A stretch of 64,000 nt of DNA from a virus. The notes under the pieces were generated by a model. That model had not been told where the DNA came from and did no database searches. It saw only the letters and a list, made by a program, of their open reading frames with translations. The DNA is taken from positions 32,001 through 96,000 of IMG/VR virus record IMGVR_UViG_3300011113_000123; one strand, 5' to 3'. Every line of letters starts with the position of its first letter. Within the stretch, counting starts at the first letter, position 1. The translations under genes and the position numbers were made by a program. Positions 45,467-54,549 of the stretch are shown piece by piece.

Positions 45467-46695
45467 AAAAGCTGTCGACGTTCATCGCTGAGGAAAAGAA
45501 TCTGCATATGGAACACATCGAGGACTTGATCCTCAATGATGGCGTCGCTGGTGCAAAGCAAATCTTCAACTTTCTTATACAGATGCGCAACATGCTTGGC
45601 GGCAGCACCACAAAGAAAGTATCTGGAACTGTGAAGTGGGATGGTGCTCCTGCTATCTTTGCTGGTGTAGATCCTCGCGATGGAAAGTTCTTTGTAGCGA
45701 AGAAAGGCATCTTCAATAAGAACCCAAAGATCTACAAGACACAAGCAGATATCGACGCTGATCTATCTGGCGAATTGGCTGATAAGTTCAGCGTTGCTCT
45801 TCGTGAGTTCAGCAAGCTAGGTATCACGTCTGGTGTATACCAAGGCGATCTCATGTTCACGAAGGGAGATGTTAAAGCAGAAACGATCGACGGGAATAAA
45901 TACTACACGTTCCAACCAAACACAATCGTCTATGCTGTTCCAACTAACTCCGCGCTAGGTAAGACGATCGCTAAAGCAAGCATCGGTGTCGTATGGCACA
46001 CAACCTATACAGGCGACTCGTTCGAGAGCATGAAAGCATCATTTGGTAAGGGTATCGTCGAGAAGCTGAAACAAGTTGGTACGATCTGGATGGACGATGC
46101 TAACTATAAGGACGTCAGCGGAACTGCTACGTTCACAGCAGCCGAAACCGAAAAGTTCAACGCCATACTTTCGCAGGCTGGTAAGATTCTACAGGGATTA
46201 CCAAGCGAAGCTGTAAATGCGTTTTCCAGAGATTCAGAGTTACTGATCCGTGTCAAAACGTACAACAACTCTAAGGTACGAGCTGGCGAAAAGATTATGA
46301 ATACGACTTCACATGTTGCTGGCTTTATCCACTATATGAACGACTATTATCAAAAAGAAGAAGATAAGAAGAAAACGCCTGCTGGTAAGAACGCAGTGAA
46401 AGCTAAGAAAGCTCAGTCGTTTGGACCTATCGTACGAACACCACTGCTTCAGCTGAAATCCATATTTGATTTTATGAACCTGATTGTTGACGCCAAGATG
46501 ATGATTATAGCAAAGATGAATTCAGCAGCGAGTGTCGATACGTTCCTACGTACACGTCAGGGATTGAAGATCACTTCGCCTGAAGGATATGTTGCAGTAG
46601 ATCATTTGACTGGTGGAGCAGTAAAGCTAGTAGATCGTCTGGGATTCAGCCAAGCAAACTTTAGTCCAGACATTATCAAGGGATGGGAGAAATAA
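45463..46695 (+). CDS. Conserved T4-like protein (DUF6267-like) with ATP-dependent ligase-type motifs
   Basis: GTG start after GGAG; HMEHIED, VKWDGAPA, YQGDL, PEGYV, AVKLVDR. Confidence 0.7.
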   Translation: MKKLSTFIAEEKNLHMEHIEDLILNDGVAGAKQIFNFLIQMRNMLGGSTTKKVSGTVKWDGAPAIFAGVDPRDGKFFVAKKGIFNKNPKIYKTQADIDADLSGELADKFSVALREFSKLGITSGVYQGDLMFTKGDVKAETIDGNKYYTFQPNTIVYAVPTNSALGKTIAKASIGVVWHTTYTGDSFESMKASFGKGIVEKLKQVGTIWMDDANYKDVSGTATFTAAETEKFNAILSQAGKILQGLPSEAVNAFSRDSELLIRVKTYNNSKVRAGEKIMNTTSHVAGFIHYMNDYYQKEEDKKKTPAGKNAVKAKKAQSFGPIVRTPLLQLKSIFDFMNLIVDAKMMIIAKMNSAASVDTFLRTRQGLKITSPEGYVAVDHLTGGAVKLVDRLGFSQANFSPDIIKGWEK

Positions 46696-46696
46696 C

Positions 46697-46801
46697 ATGG
46701 AACTCATTATCGGATTCGCAGCAGGACTCATCGTAGGATGGAACTTCCTACCTCAGCCTACATTCATTAAAGGATGGATTGATAAGATTAGCGGTAAGTG
46801 A
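46697..46801 (+). CDS. 34-aa membrane microprotein
   Basis: GGAG RBS; MELIIGFAAGLIVGWNFLPQPTFIKGWIDKISGK. Confidence 0.55.
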   Translation: MELIIGFAAGLIVGWNFLPQPTFIKGWIDKISGK

Positions 46802-46805
46802 TATA

Positions 46806-46858
46806 CTGACCCCTCGTAACACTACTCATTATAATGGTTATATCTGAAGTTGTCAAGA
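46806..46858 (-). promoter_or_regulatory. Antisense perfect sigma70 promoter element, copy 2
   Basis: Minus strand TTGACA(46856-46851)-N17-TATAAT(46833-46828); homologous to 12575-12627. Confidence 0.8.
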
Positions 46859-46864
46859 CGTTTT

Positions 46865-46872
46865 TATAAATA
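46865..46872 (+). promoter_or_regulatory. Late promoter TATAAATA
   Basis: Exact consensus upstream of the 1337-aa gene. Confidence 0.8.
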
Positions 46873-46874
46873 AA

Positions 46875-46938
46875 GGGAGCAGAAGGCTACGGCAATCCTG
46901 CTCCCAACTCATATGCGGTCAGGCCACGGCAATCCCGC
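46875..46938 (+). promoter_or_regulatory. Tandem structured 5-prime UTR motif (two hairpins sharing AGGCYACGGCAATCC)
   Basis: GGGAGCAG/CTGCTCCC and GCGG/CCGC stems enclose near-identical loops; abuts the GAGGA SD. Confidence 0.65.
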
Positions 46939-46947
46939 GAGGATAAA

Positions 46948-49900
46948 ATGAAGAGCGTTGTATTCACATTCGGGCGTATGAATCCGCCTACGACAGGGCA
47001 CCAGCTACTGGTGAACAAACTGATCGCTCTCGCTCAAACGAGCAAGTCGACTCCTCGCGTTTACTTGTCACATTCAGTCGGCAAGAAAGATCCCCTTCCA
47101 TACGATAAGAAGATCGCGTTCGCTCGTGCAGCGTTTGGTGCTATCGTACGCAAATCAAACTCAAAGAACGTTATTCAGATTCTCAAGGATCTTGAAGAAG
47201 AAGGTTTCACTCACGTCACGATGGTCGTTGGGTCTGATCGCGTTCCTGACTTCACTAGACTACTCAACACATACAACGGCAAGGAATACACGTTCGAAAA
47301 GATTGACGTCAAGTCAGCTGGCGAGCGTGATCCAGACGCAGACGATGTGACAGGTATGTCAGCCAGCAAGATGCGCGCTCTAGCTAAAGACGAAAAGGTC
47401 GCAGAGTTTCTTCGCGGCGCTCCCAACACCCTCAAAGCAGCACAAGCCAAAAGCATGTATACGGCTGTGCGTAAGGCTCTACTAGGAGAAAATGTTATGG
47501 AATATGGCCATGACGAAAAGTTCCTCGAATTCATTTTCGAACAGGATACAAAGGAAGACGACGATCTGACGGATATGCCGTCGGATGGTGAGATCTCAAA
47601 GCACTTCGATTCACTGCATCCAGACGATCTTGATCTCGACGACGCTGATGCTATGATGCTCGATGTTATTCTCGGTAACGAAGAAGAAGAGGAAGAAATC
47701 AAGGAAGCCAAAGTTCTTTCGATTCAGCAGCGTCAGAAGCTATCTCAGCGCATGAAGGCTATGTCTAAGCGTCTAGCTCGTCTTCGTCAGATCAAAGCAA
47801 AGCAGATGCCAGCTCAGCAGCGCCTTCGCATGCGCGCGCGAAAAGCTGCTATTATGCTTCTTCGTAAGCGCGCAACAGGCAAGAAAGATCTAGATTACGC
47901 TTCTCTATCGAAGTCACAGCGCGTAGCAGTAGACACTGCTCTTGTTCAGCGTTTTGGTAATAGTCTCAACAGAATCGTAGATCGTCTATCAACACGTCTG
48001 CTCCCTCGCGTACGCAAGCACGCGCAGGAGTACGTTAAGAAAGCTCGTGAAGAAGTCAAGGAACAAACACTCGATCCAAAGACAAAGAAGCACGTTTCGG
48101 ATCAGAAGCAAGATAATCCTCTGAATCTTGATGCGCTCAAGCTGAACATCTTGAATACTGATCCACAGAAAAATGATCGTGCGGCACCAGATCCAAAGCA
48201 AGCTCATCTGCATAAGAATAAGAAGGCTACACACTTCTTTAAGACATTCGATGAAGGTCGTAAGAGTTCTGCTGATAAGGACGCTCGCGATGCTGGTGAT
48301 ACCAACATCATCTATCAGATGCGTAAGACTATTAATTCGCGCGGCGAGCATGAAACAGTGTTTGCTGATGGGCACAAAGCAAACGTTTCAATCGCAGACG
48401 CCAAGAAACTTCTAGCTAAGTTTGAAGCTATTCGTATGCCTGCTGATAAGCAAGAGTTCACTATCCAGGCTGGTAAGTCTCTTTCTTCATTCAAAAACGT
48501 GCTTGCTCATGGCGTGAAGCAAGAAAAGAAGAAGATTTCGCTTGGCGGTAAGAGCTTCAAAGAGTTTTATCTTGGTGTGGGTCGCTCGCGCACTGTTTCT
48601 GCATATGATAACGATGAACCACCAGGAACTCGTCGCGTTGCTGAAGCTAAGAGCGTTGGTGGCGTAGAGCCAGATGCGAACGATGATCCTAATGTTTCGC
48701 GTAAGCCTAATCCAAAGCTAGACCTGTTGCTTCGCCTTGGTCTAGCAGATACAGACGAGCTGCAGAAGTATCGTCGTGCGCTGCGTTCTAGCAAAAAGCA
48801 AGCTCTTGGTTCGCCTGAGATGCGTAAGAAACTAGCTGATCTGTTGGATAAGCTGATTGATATCGTTACAGGCGATCCATCAACTTATTCGCGCGTCAGA
48901 TACAAGGTACAGGCTCAGGAAGCTATCTCGCTTGTTAATAAGGCTGAAAAGTCTGGTGTAGACGTAACAGTACTAGCTGAAGTGTTCATGCGCGAGATCG
49001 CAGAAACAAGTGATAACAACAGAGCTTTCAATCGCGTGAACTCATTCATTGCTGGCGGGAAAGCTGCTGAATTAGACAGCGATCTGTCAGAAAAGGCAGA
49101 TTTGCCTCACAAGTATCGTGCTGGTCTATCAGACAAAACCGCTGCTGCAAGAAAATCGCATTGGGATAAGATGAACAAGCTGTCTGATCGCGATCCTCGC
49201 GCGTACGAGCCAGCACCTGGAGATGCGACTGCAAAAACAAAACCATCGAAGCACACGCTAAAGTACAAGAGAATGTACGGAGAAGAAGCTATGGACGAAA
49301 GTTCTGAAACAGGATTAGCTGCAAAAGCTAAGAAGTCTGGTGTTTCGCTCGGAACGCTGAAGAAAGTGTATCGTCGTGGCGTCGCAGCATGGAACTCTGG
49401 TCATCGTCCAGGCACAACTCCGCAGCAGTGGGGAATGGCTCGCGTCAACTCTTACATCACAAAAGGTAAGGGAACCTATCATGGCGCAGATAAGGATCTG
49501 CGTGAAGACGAGCTGAATGAAAAGGGTCCAGGTCTGTGGGCTAACATTCATGCAAAGCGTCAAAGAATCAAAGCTGGCTCTGGTGAGCGTATGCGTAAAC
49601 CAGGATCCAAGGGAGCACCTACAGCAGATCAGATTAGAGCAGCTAAGAGCGAAGAAACACAAAACGAAGGTCAAGCTAACTGGGCTAAAGCTCGTAAAGA
49701 AAACGAACGCTCTAGCGTTGCGTATCTGAATCGCGCAAAGAAGTCATACGTTGATCGTAGTGTGACTCCATATAAAGCTGACGACGCTAAGATTGCTGCT
49801 GATTCCATGAAGGATTTCGTAGCCAGAGGCGGTAAGATTCAGCAGCTTCCGCCTGGTAAAAAGACGATCAAGTCGCTCGTTAAACCTAAGAAGTATATGA

Positions 49901-50961
49901 CGCCTAATCAGGCTTCAAAGATTACAGAACAGAACATGACGACACATGATGCAGTTCCTCTCTCGAAGAGAGTGAAGCGCGTTAAGAGCTTCCATGCTTT
50001 CCATCCTCCAGTGAAGGAAACGGTGCAGCGTGATTCTGATATTAGAATGGTTAAAGTTCGTATGCCCGATGGAACTACCAAGTTCCGTAAAGAACGTGCG
50101 CCAGCTAAAGTTCAGCAGGAAATGTATACAGGTTCGGAGCCAACTACAACTAATCCAGCTGATCCAGCAAGTCGTTTCGTAGGAACTAATGCTATTCGTC
50201 AGACGTATGCTAATGTAACTCCTGGCCAGGGATCAGTTGCAGGTGAAATTGCAGTAGCGAAGTATGCGCCCGAAAAGGTCAACTACACATCGTCAATGGC
50301 TAAGAAGACGCATACAGAAGTGGATCAGTCTAAGGATAACCTGAGCAAGAAACACTTCAATGACATTCGCAAGGCTCTTGGTGGTATTCGTGAATCGCAT
50401 GATCTTAACGAAGCGTTTGCTGCTGGATTTGAACTAGCTCCATTCGCGCGCGATTATGGTATGACAGTTCAGTCAGCGTTTGAGCATCATCCAGACGTAG
50501 AACGTATGATGGACGAGTCCAATACCAAAACGACGAAAGCGATTGTTTATAAGGACAATAAGCCATTCGCTATATATCCAGATATGAAATCTGCTCAGAA
50601 AGAATACTATGGTAAGGATGGTTATTCTATCGGCACTGTATCTTTGAGTAAGTCTAAGGCTTTAAAGAAATTAAATCCAGGTCTCAAGATTGTTGAAGAC
50701 TCAATGGATGAAGCTACATATCAAGGGCGCAAAGTTCCACTTAACAAACCTATGAAGGGTGATGTTAAGAAGTCAAAAGTTTATGTTGATCCAGACGGCG
50801 ACGGCAAAGCTAAAAAGATCAACTTTGGTGATAAGAATCTAAGTATCAAGAAAGATCAACCTGCTCGTAAGAGATCATACTGTGCTCGCTCTAGCGGTCA
50901 GGGTAATTTAACTAAGAAAGATAGTGCCAACTATTGGTCACGTAGAGCATGGAATTGCTAA
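46948..50961 (+). CDS. Cytidylyltransferase-like (HxGH) nucleotidyltransferase fused to a multi-module basic polyprotein
   Basis: FGRMNPPTTGH, VVGSDR, MSASKMR in the first 183 aa; later modules (WGMARVN, KKINFGD..SANYWSRRAW) separated by xxE linkers. Confidence 0.8.
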   Translation: MKSVVFTFGRMNPPTTGHQLLVNKLIALAQTSKSTPRVYLSHSVGKKDPLPYDKKIAFARAAFGAIVRKSNSKNVIQILKDLEEEGFTHVTMVVGSDRVPDFTRLLNTYNGKEYTFEKIDVKSAGERDPDADDVTGMSASKMRALAKDEKVAEFLRGAPNTLKAAQAKSMYTAVRKALLGENVMEYGHDEKFLEFIFEQDTKEDDDLTDMPSDGEISKHFDSLHPDDLDLDDADAMMLDVILGNEEEEEEIKEAKVLSIQQRQKLSQRMKAMSKRLARLRQIKAKQMPAQQRLRMRARKAAIMLLRKRATGKKDLDYASLSKSQRVAVDTALVQRFGNSLNRIVDRLSTRLLPRVRKHAQEYVKKAREEVKEQTLDPKTKKHVSDQKQDNPLNLDALKLNILNTDPQKNDRAAPDPKQAHLHKNKKATHFFKTFDEGRKSSADKDARDAGDTNIIYQMRKTINSRGEHETVFADGHKANVSIADAKKLLAKFEAIRMPADKQEFTIQAGKSLSSFKNVLAHGVKQEKKKISLGGKSFKEFYLGVGRSRTVSAYDNDEPPGTRRVAEAKSVGGVEPDANDDPNVSRKPNPKLDLLLRLGLADTDELQKYRRALRSSKKQALGSPEMRKKLADLLDKLIDIVTGDPSTYSRVRYKVQAQEAISLVNKAEKSGVDVTVLAEVFMREIAETSDNNRAFNRVNSFIAGGKAAELDSDLSEKADLPHKYRAGLSDKTAAARKSHWDKMNKLSDRDPRAYEPAPGDATAKTKPSKHTLKYKRMYGEEAMDESSETGLAAKAKKSGVSLGTLKKVYRRGVAAWNSGHRPGTTPQQWGMARVNSYITKGKGTYHGADKDLREDELNEKGPGLWANIHAKRQRIKAGSGERMRKPGSKGAPTADQIRAAKSEETQNEGQANWAKARKENERSSVAYLNRAKKSYVDRSVTPYKADDAKIAADSMKDFVARGGKIQQLPPGKKTIKSLVKPKKYMTPNQASKITEQNMTTHDAVPLSKRVKRVKSFHAFHPPVKETVQRDSDIRMVKVRMPDGTTKFRKERAPAKVQQEMYTGSEPTTTNPADPASRFVGTNAIRQTYANVTPGQGSVAGEIAVAKYAPEKVNYTSSMAKKTHTEVDQSKDNLSKKHFNDIRKALGGIRESHDLNEAFAAGFELAPFARDYGMTVQSAFEHHPDVERMMDESNTKTTKAIVYKDNKPFAIYPDMKSAQKEYYGKDGYSIGTVSLSKSKALKKLNPGLKIVEDSMDEATYQGRKVPLNKPMKGDVKKSKVYVDPDGDGKAKKINFGDKNLSIKKDQPARKRSYCARSSGQGNLTKKDSANYWSRRAWNC

Positions 50962-50976
50962 TAGAGGAGAAATGAA

Positions 50977-51240
50977 ATGAATGACGCTATTATCTTTGGT
51001 TCAATCGTAGCGATTGTTTTGTTCTTGGGTTGGCTTTGGTGGCCAAAGGAAGAAAAGAAGGAAGAGAAGAAAGAGGAAGCTCCAGCTGCTCCAGTAGAGC
51101 CAGTTGCTGCTCCAGTCGAGTCGCAGATCACTGATGCTGTTACTCAAGCTGCTCCTGTAGTGCCTGACGCACCTACAACAAAGAAGCCAAGAGCAAAGAA
51201 AGCAACTTCTGCTCCTAAGGTTACGAAGAAGGGAAAGTAA
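50977..51240 (+). CDS. Membrane-anchored low-complexity protein
   Basis: N-terminal TM then K/E- and A/P-rich tail. Confidence 0.65.
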   Translation: MNDAIIFGSIVAIVLFLGWLWWPKEEKKEEKKEEAPAAPVEPVAAPVESQITDAVTQAAPVVPDAPTTKKPRAKKATSAPKVTKKGK

Positions 51241-51241
51241 T

Positions 51242-51682
51242 ATGGATCCACTCGTAGAGTCGCTCAAGAAAGTTCTAGCGAGTAGCTTTTCTTTCTATCT
51301 GAAGGCGCACAACTATCACTGGAACGTAGAAGGTCATAGCTTCTCGGAGTATCACGCCTTCTTGGGTGATCTCTACGCAGAAGTCTGGGGTGCGGTTGAT
51401 CTCATCGCAGAACACATCCGCACTCTAGACGCATACGTTCCTGGTTCACTTACACGTTTCCAGCAGCTGACTTCAATCGAAGATGAGCTTGCAGTTCCAA
51501 CTAGCCGCATGATGATGGCTAAGTTGTTTGCTGACAATCAGCGCATTCTTAACGATCTGCAAGCAGCTCATGCTGTTGCTGAGTCTGCTGGTAAGCGTGG
51601 TATTGTAAACTTCCTTGAAGATCGCATCGACATTCATGAAAAGCATGCTTGGATGCTTCGTTCATTTACTAAAGGTGAATAA
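51242..51682 (+). CDS. dps: Dps ferritin-like DNA-protection protein
   Basis: KAHNYHWNVEG..F...H, D.IAEHIR, HEKHAWML. Confidence 0.92.
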   Translation: MDPLVESLKKVLASSFSFYLKAHNYHWNVEGHSFSEYHAFLGDLYAEVWGAVDLIAEHIRTLDAYVPGSLTRFQQLTSIEDELAVPTSRMMMAKLFADNQRILNDLQAAHAVAESAGKRGIVNFLEDRIDIHEKHAWMLRSFTKGE

Positions 51683-52998
51683 TGGCTCAGTTCAGAACCG
51701 ATACGAGTAGATATCTACCTAACTGCAACACGATCTTTGAGGTCGTGATGCTTGCGGATCCTTATGGGAATCGTATCGGTCCTGCTAATCCATCAGGTGT
51801 TGCTGTTGATGCGTTCGGGCGCGCTCGCGTGTCTATGCCGCTTACGCTGTTTGATTCTTCACATAGATATCGCGACAATGGTTTGTGGTCGACATCGAAC
51901 ACGGCAGGCACGACTTATGCGTTTAGTCAGAACGAAGGTCTAGTGAAGCTGAACGTAACAACTGGCGCAAATCAAGAAATCGTTCGCGAAACGATTAAGG
52001 TGTTTTCATATCAGCCAGGTAAATCGTTACAGATCATGAACACTTTTGTGATGGATAAGCCTAAAACTGGATTGAGACAGCGTGTTGGATACTTTGGTGC
52101 AAACAATGGTATCTATCTTGAGCAGTCTAACAGCGATATCTACTTTGTAGAAAGAAACTACACCAACGGAACGTTGAGAGAAAATCGTGTATCTCAAGCC
52201 AATTGGAATGTCGATACACTTCTTGGTAATGTTCCTTCGAGCCCATCGCATCTCACGCTCGACTTGACTAAAGCACAAATTTTGTTTACAGATATTGAGT
52301 GGCTTGGATTGGGAACGGTTCGTTGCGGATTCGTTATTGACGGACAACAAATTCACTGCCATTCATTTCATCACGCAAATGTGTTGGAAACGACTTACAT
52401 GACGACTGGCTCGTTGCCATTGCGTTATGAAATCAAAAACACAGCAGCAACTGCTAACAATAGCACGTTGAAGCAAGTATGCTCGACTGTTATTTCTGAA
52501 GGTGGATATGAACTACGCGGATCACAGCAGTCTGTAGAAACTACGATTGGTAGCCCAAAAGATTTACCGACAGCAGGAACATACTATCCTGTGATATCAC
52601 TACGACTAAAAGCGACGCCTAATCGATTAGACGCTATTGTTATCCTCACTGCGCTTTCGCTTCTTGGTATTACTAACAACGCAAACTATAATTGGCGTGT
52701 AGTTACGGGTGGAACAACAACAGGCGGCACATGGGTAGATGCTGGTTCTGACTCTGCTGTTGAGTATAACAAAACGGGAACAGGATTTTCTGGCGGAAGA
52801 GTTATGGCTAGCGGGTTTCTAAACGGTTCTGCTCAAGGTTCAACGCCTACAGATATTCTAAAAGAAGCGCTGTTCAAGTTTCAGCTAGAACGTAATGGTC
52901 TTACATTAGCACCATTTGAACTAACATTAGTTGCAGCATCAGATACAAACGGTGCAGATATCTATTCATCACTGGACTGGGAAGAGATTTCAAGATAA
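51682..52998 (+). CDS. Virion structural protein, beta-rich
   Basis: DAFGRARVS.P.TLFD, YQPGKS, EWLG.G.VR.GF motifs; late block. Confidence 0.65.
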   Translation: MAQFRTDTSRYLPNCNTIFEVVMLADPYGNRIGPANPSGVAVDAFGRARVSMPLTLFDSSHRYRDNGLWSTSNTAGTTYAFSQNEGLVKLNVTTGANQEIVRETIKVFSYQPGKSLQIMNTFVMDKPKTGLRQRVGYFGANNGIYLEQSNSDIYFVERNYTNGTLRENRVSQANWNVDTLLGNVPSSPSHLTLDLTKAQILFTDIEWLGLGTVRCGFVIDGQQIHCHSFHHANVLETTYMTTGSLPLRYEIKNTAATANNSTLKQVCSTVISEGGYELRGSQQSVETTIGSPKDLPTAGTYYPVISLRLKATPNRLDAIVILTALSLLGITNNANYNWRVVTGGTTTGGTWVDAGSDSAVEYNKTGTGFSGGRVMASGFLNGSAQGSTPTDILKEALFKFQLERNGLTLAPFELTLVAASDTNGADIYSSLDWEEISR

Positions 52999-53007
52999 GG
53001 AAAGCAA

Positions 53008-53259
53008 ATGTCATATAAGAGCTTAGAATCTGTTATTCGCGAAGCAGCTCGCGGTCCACAAAAAGAAAACAACGAAGTCGATGACGAAGGTAATATGGCT
53101 AAAGGTGAACTGCGTATGATCGCTTCGCGCGCGCAAGAACTTATTTCTATGCTCGACGACAACACTCAGCTTGAGGGATGGGTACAAAGCAAGATCACCA
53201 AAGCTGAAGATTACATCAACTCAGTATATGATTATATGAAAGGTCAGAAAGGAAACTAA
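53008..53259 (+). CDS. Putative internal head protein
   Basis: DDEG.MAK..L, LEGWVQSKITKA.DY. Confidence 0.6.
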   Translation: MSYKSLESVIREAARGPQKENNEVDDEGNMAKGELRMIASRAQELISMLDDNTQLEGWVQSKITKAEDYINSVYDYMKGQKGN

Positions 53260-53260
53260 T

Positions 53261-54493
53261 ATGTCAGTAGATCCAAAGAAGTTTGGTATCACGCCATCTC
53301 TCGTAGAAACAGTGAAGGAAGCTCTGAAGGGAAGTCAGCACAAGATTGACGTTGCTGAACCTAAGGGTAAGATCACTGGAGCAGACTTCAAGAAGTTGCG
53401 CGGTGAAACATCAGATCCAGTTGTTCAGAGTAACCTGGATAAGGTCAATGCAGTTGCAAGCGATCTTAAGAAGATGGCCTCTGAGCCAATTAAGCCAATG
53501 GGCTCTAAGACATCAACAACGAGTCTTCCTAAGGCTACGTTCAATCTGAAGCCACCTATGGGTGAAGCAGCGAAGCCAGACTTCCTCGATCTCGATAAGG
53601 ACGACAATAAGAAAGAGCCAATGAAGCATGCTGCAAAGCAGACTAAGGAAGAAGTCGAGCAGGTCGACGAGCTTTCCAAATCAACTCTTGGCTCTTATGT
53701 TAAGAAGGCTTCAGGTTCTGCTGCAACACATACTGGCGCAGCAGCTGCTTATGGTAGCTCTAGCAAGAGTCCAGATCCAAAGAAGATGGCGCAGCATCAA
53801 GCTGTAGCAACAAAAAGGTCAACAGGTATCGCGAAAGCAGTTGGTAAGCTCACTAAGGAAGAAGTTGAGCAAGTCGATGAACTTTCCAAGTCAACTCTTG
53901 GCTCTTATATCAAAAAAGCTAGTGGAAGAGTTGCAGATAAATCACGTCATGCGGGTGATATTGAAAACAGACGCGACGTTTCACCAGCAGCTAAAGAAGT
54001 TTTGGCAAAACAGAATAGAAAAGTTGATAATTCTTTAAAAGGAATTTCAAGAGCAACAGATCGTCTTGCAAAAGAAGAAGTCGAAATGACTGAAGCTGAA
54101 TCACAGGCTGCAAAGCAGATCGCTGCTAGAAAAGAAGCGATGAAGACGCACATTCAAAAAAAGATCGCTAATAAGCAGATGTCCGCGATGCAGGCTAAGG
54201 CTAATCAGCGTCTGAAGAGCATCAATGCTTCTAACGATAAGTGCAGCTGCGGCGACACGAATGAGTCAAAGATGAAGTGCGAGATGCACGGTGGTAAGGA
54301 TAAAGAAGCTAAGATGGGTCGCGAGAAAATCGAAGTGAATCCACCACTACGCGAAGCAGAAGATCTACCAAAGAAGGTAGTCACTAAGGGTCACGAAATC
54401 GCCAAGTCTCTAATCAAGAGCAAGGCAAAAGTTCGCGAGCCATATGCAGTTGGAATGGCTCAAGCTAAGAAGTCTGCTGGCATCAAGGACTAA
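53261..54493 (+). CDS. Repeat-containing putative internal head polyprotein
   Basis: TKEEVEQVDELSKSTLGSY(V/I)KKA twice; basic modules separated by EE/xxE sites. Confidence 0.65.
   Translation: MSVDPKKFGITPSLVETVKEALKGSQHKIDVAEPKGKITGADFKKLRGETSDPVVQSNLDKVNAVASDLKKMASEPIKPMGSKTSTTSLPKATFNLKPPMGEAAKPDFLDLDKDDNKKEPMKHAAKQTKEEVEQVDELSKSTLGSYVKKASGSAATHTGAAAAYGSSSKSPDPKKMAQHQAVATKRSTGIAKAVGKLTKEEVEQVDELSKSTLGSYIKKASGRVADKSRHAGDIENRRDVSPAAKEVLAKQNRKVDNSLKGISRATDRLAKEEVEMTEAESQAAKQIAARKEAMKTHIQKKIANKQMSAMQAKANQRLKSINASNDKCSCGDTNESKMKCEMHGGKDKEAKMGREKIEVNPPLREAEDLPKKVVTKGHEIAKSLIKSKAKVREPYAVGMAQAKKSAGIKD
53642..53920 (+). repeat. Imperfect 69-bp direct repeat, period 210 bp
   Basis: 53642-53710 versus 53852-53920, mostly synonymous differences. 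Confidence 0.8.
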
Positions 54494-54549
54494 ATACTAA
54501 ACTATATCATGCCGAGTAGTCACTAACGAAAAGCGGAAAGGAAACGACT

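Noticed and set aside
46875-46938. Guanidine-II (mini-ykkC) riboswitch, because of tandem hairpins containing ACGG
   Set aside because: The ACGG is not closed by the G-C pair that class needs and the gene context does not fit; kept as an unknown motif
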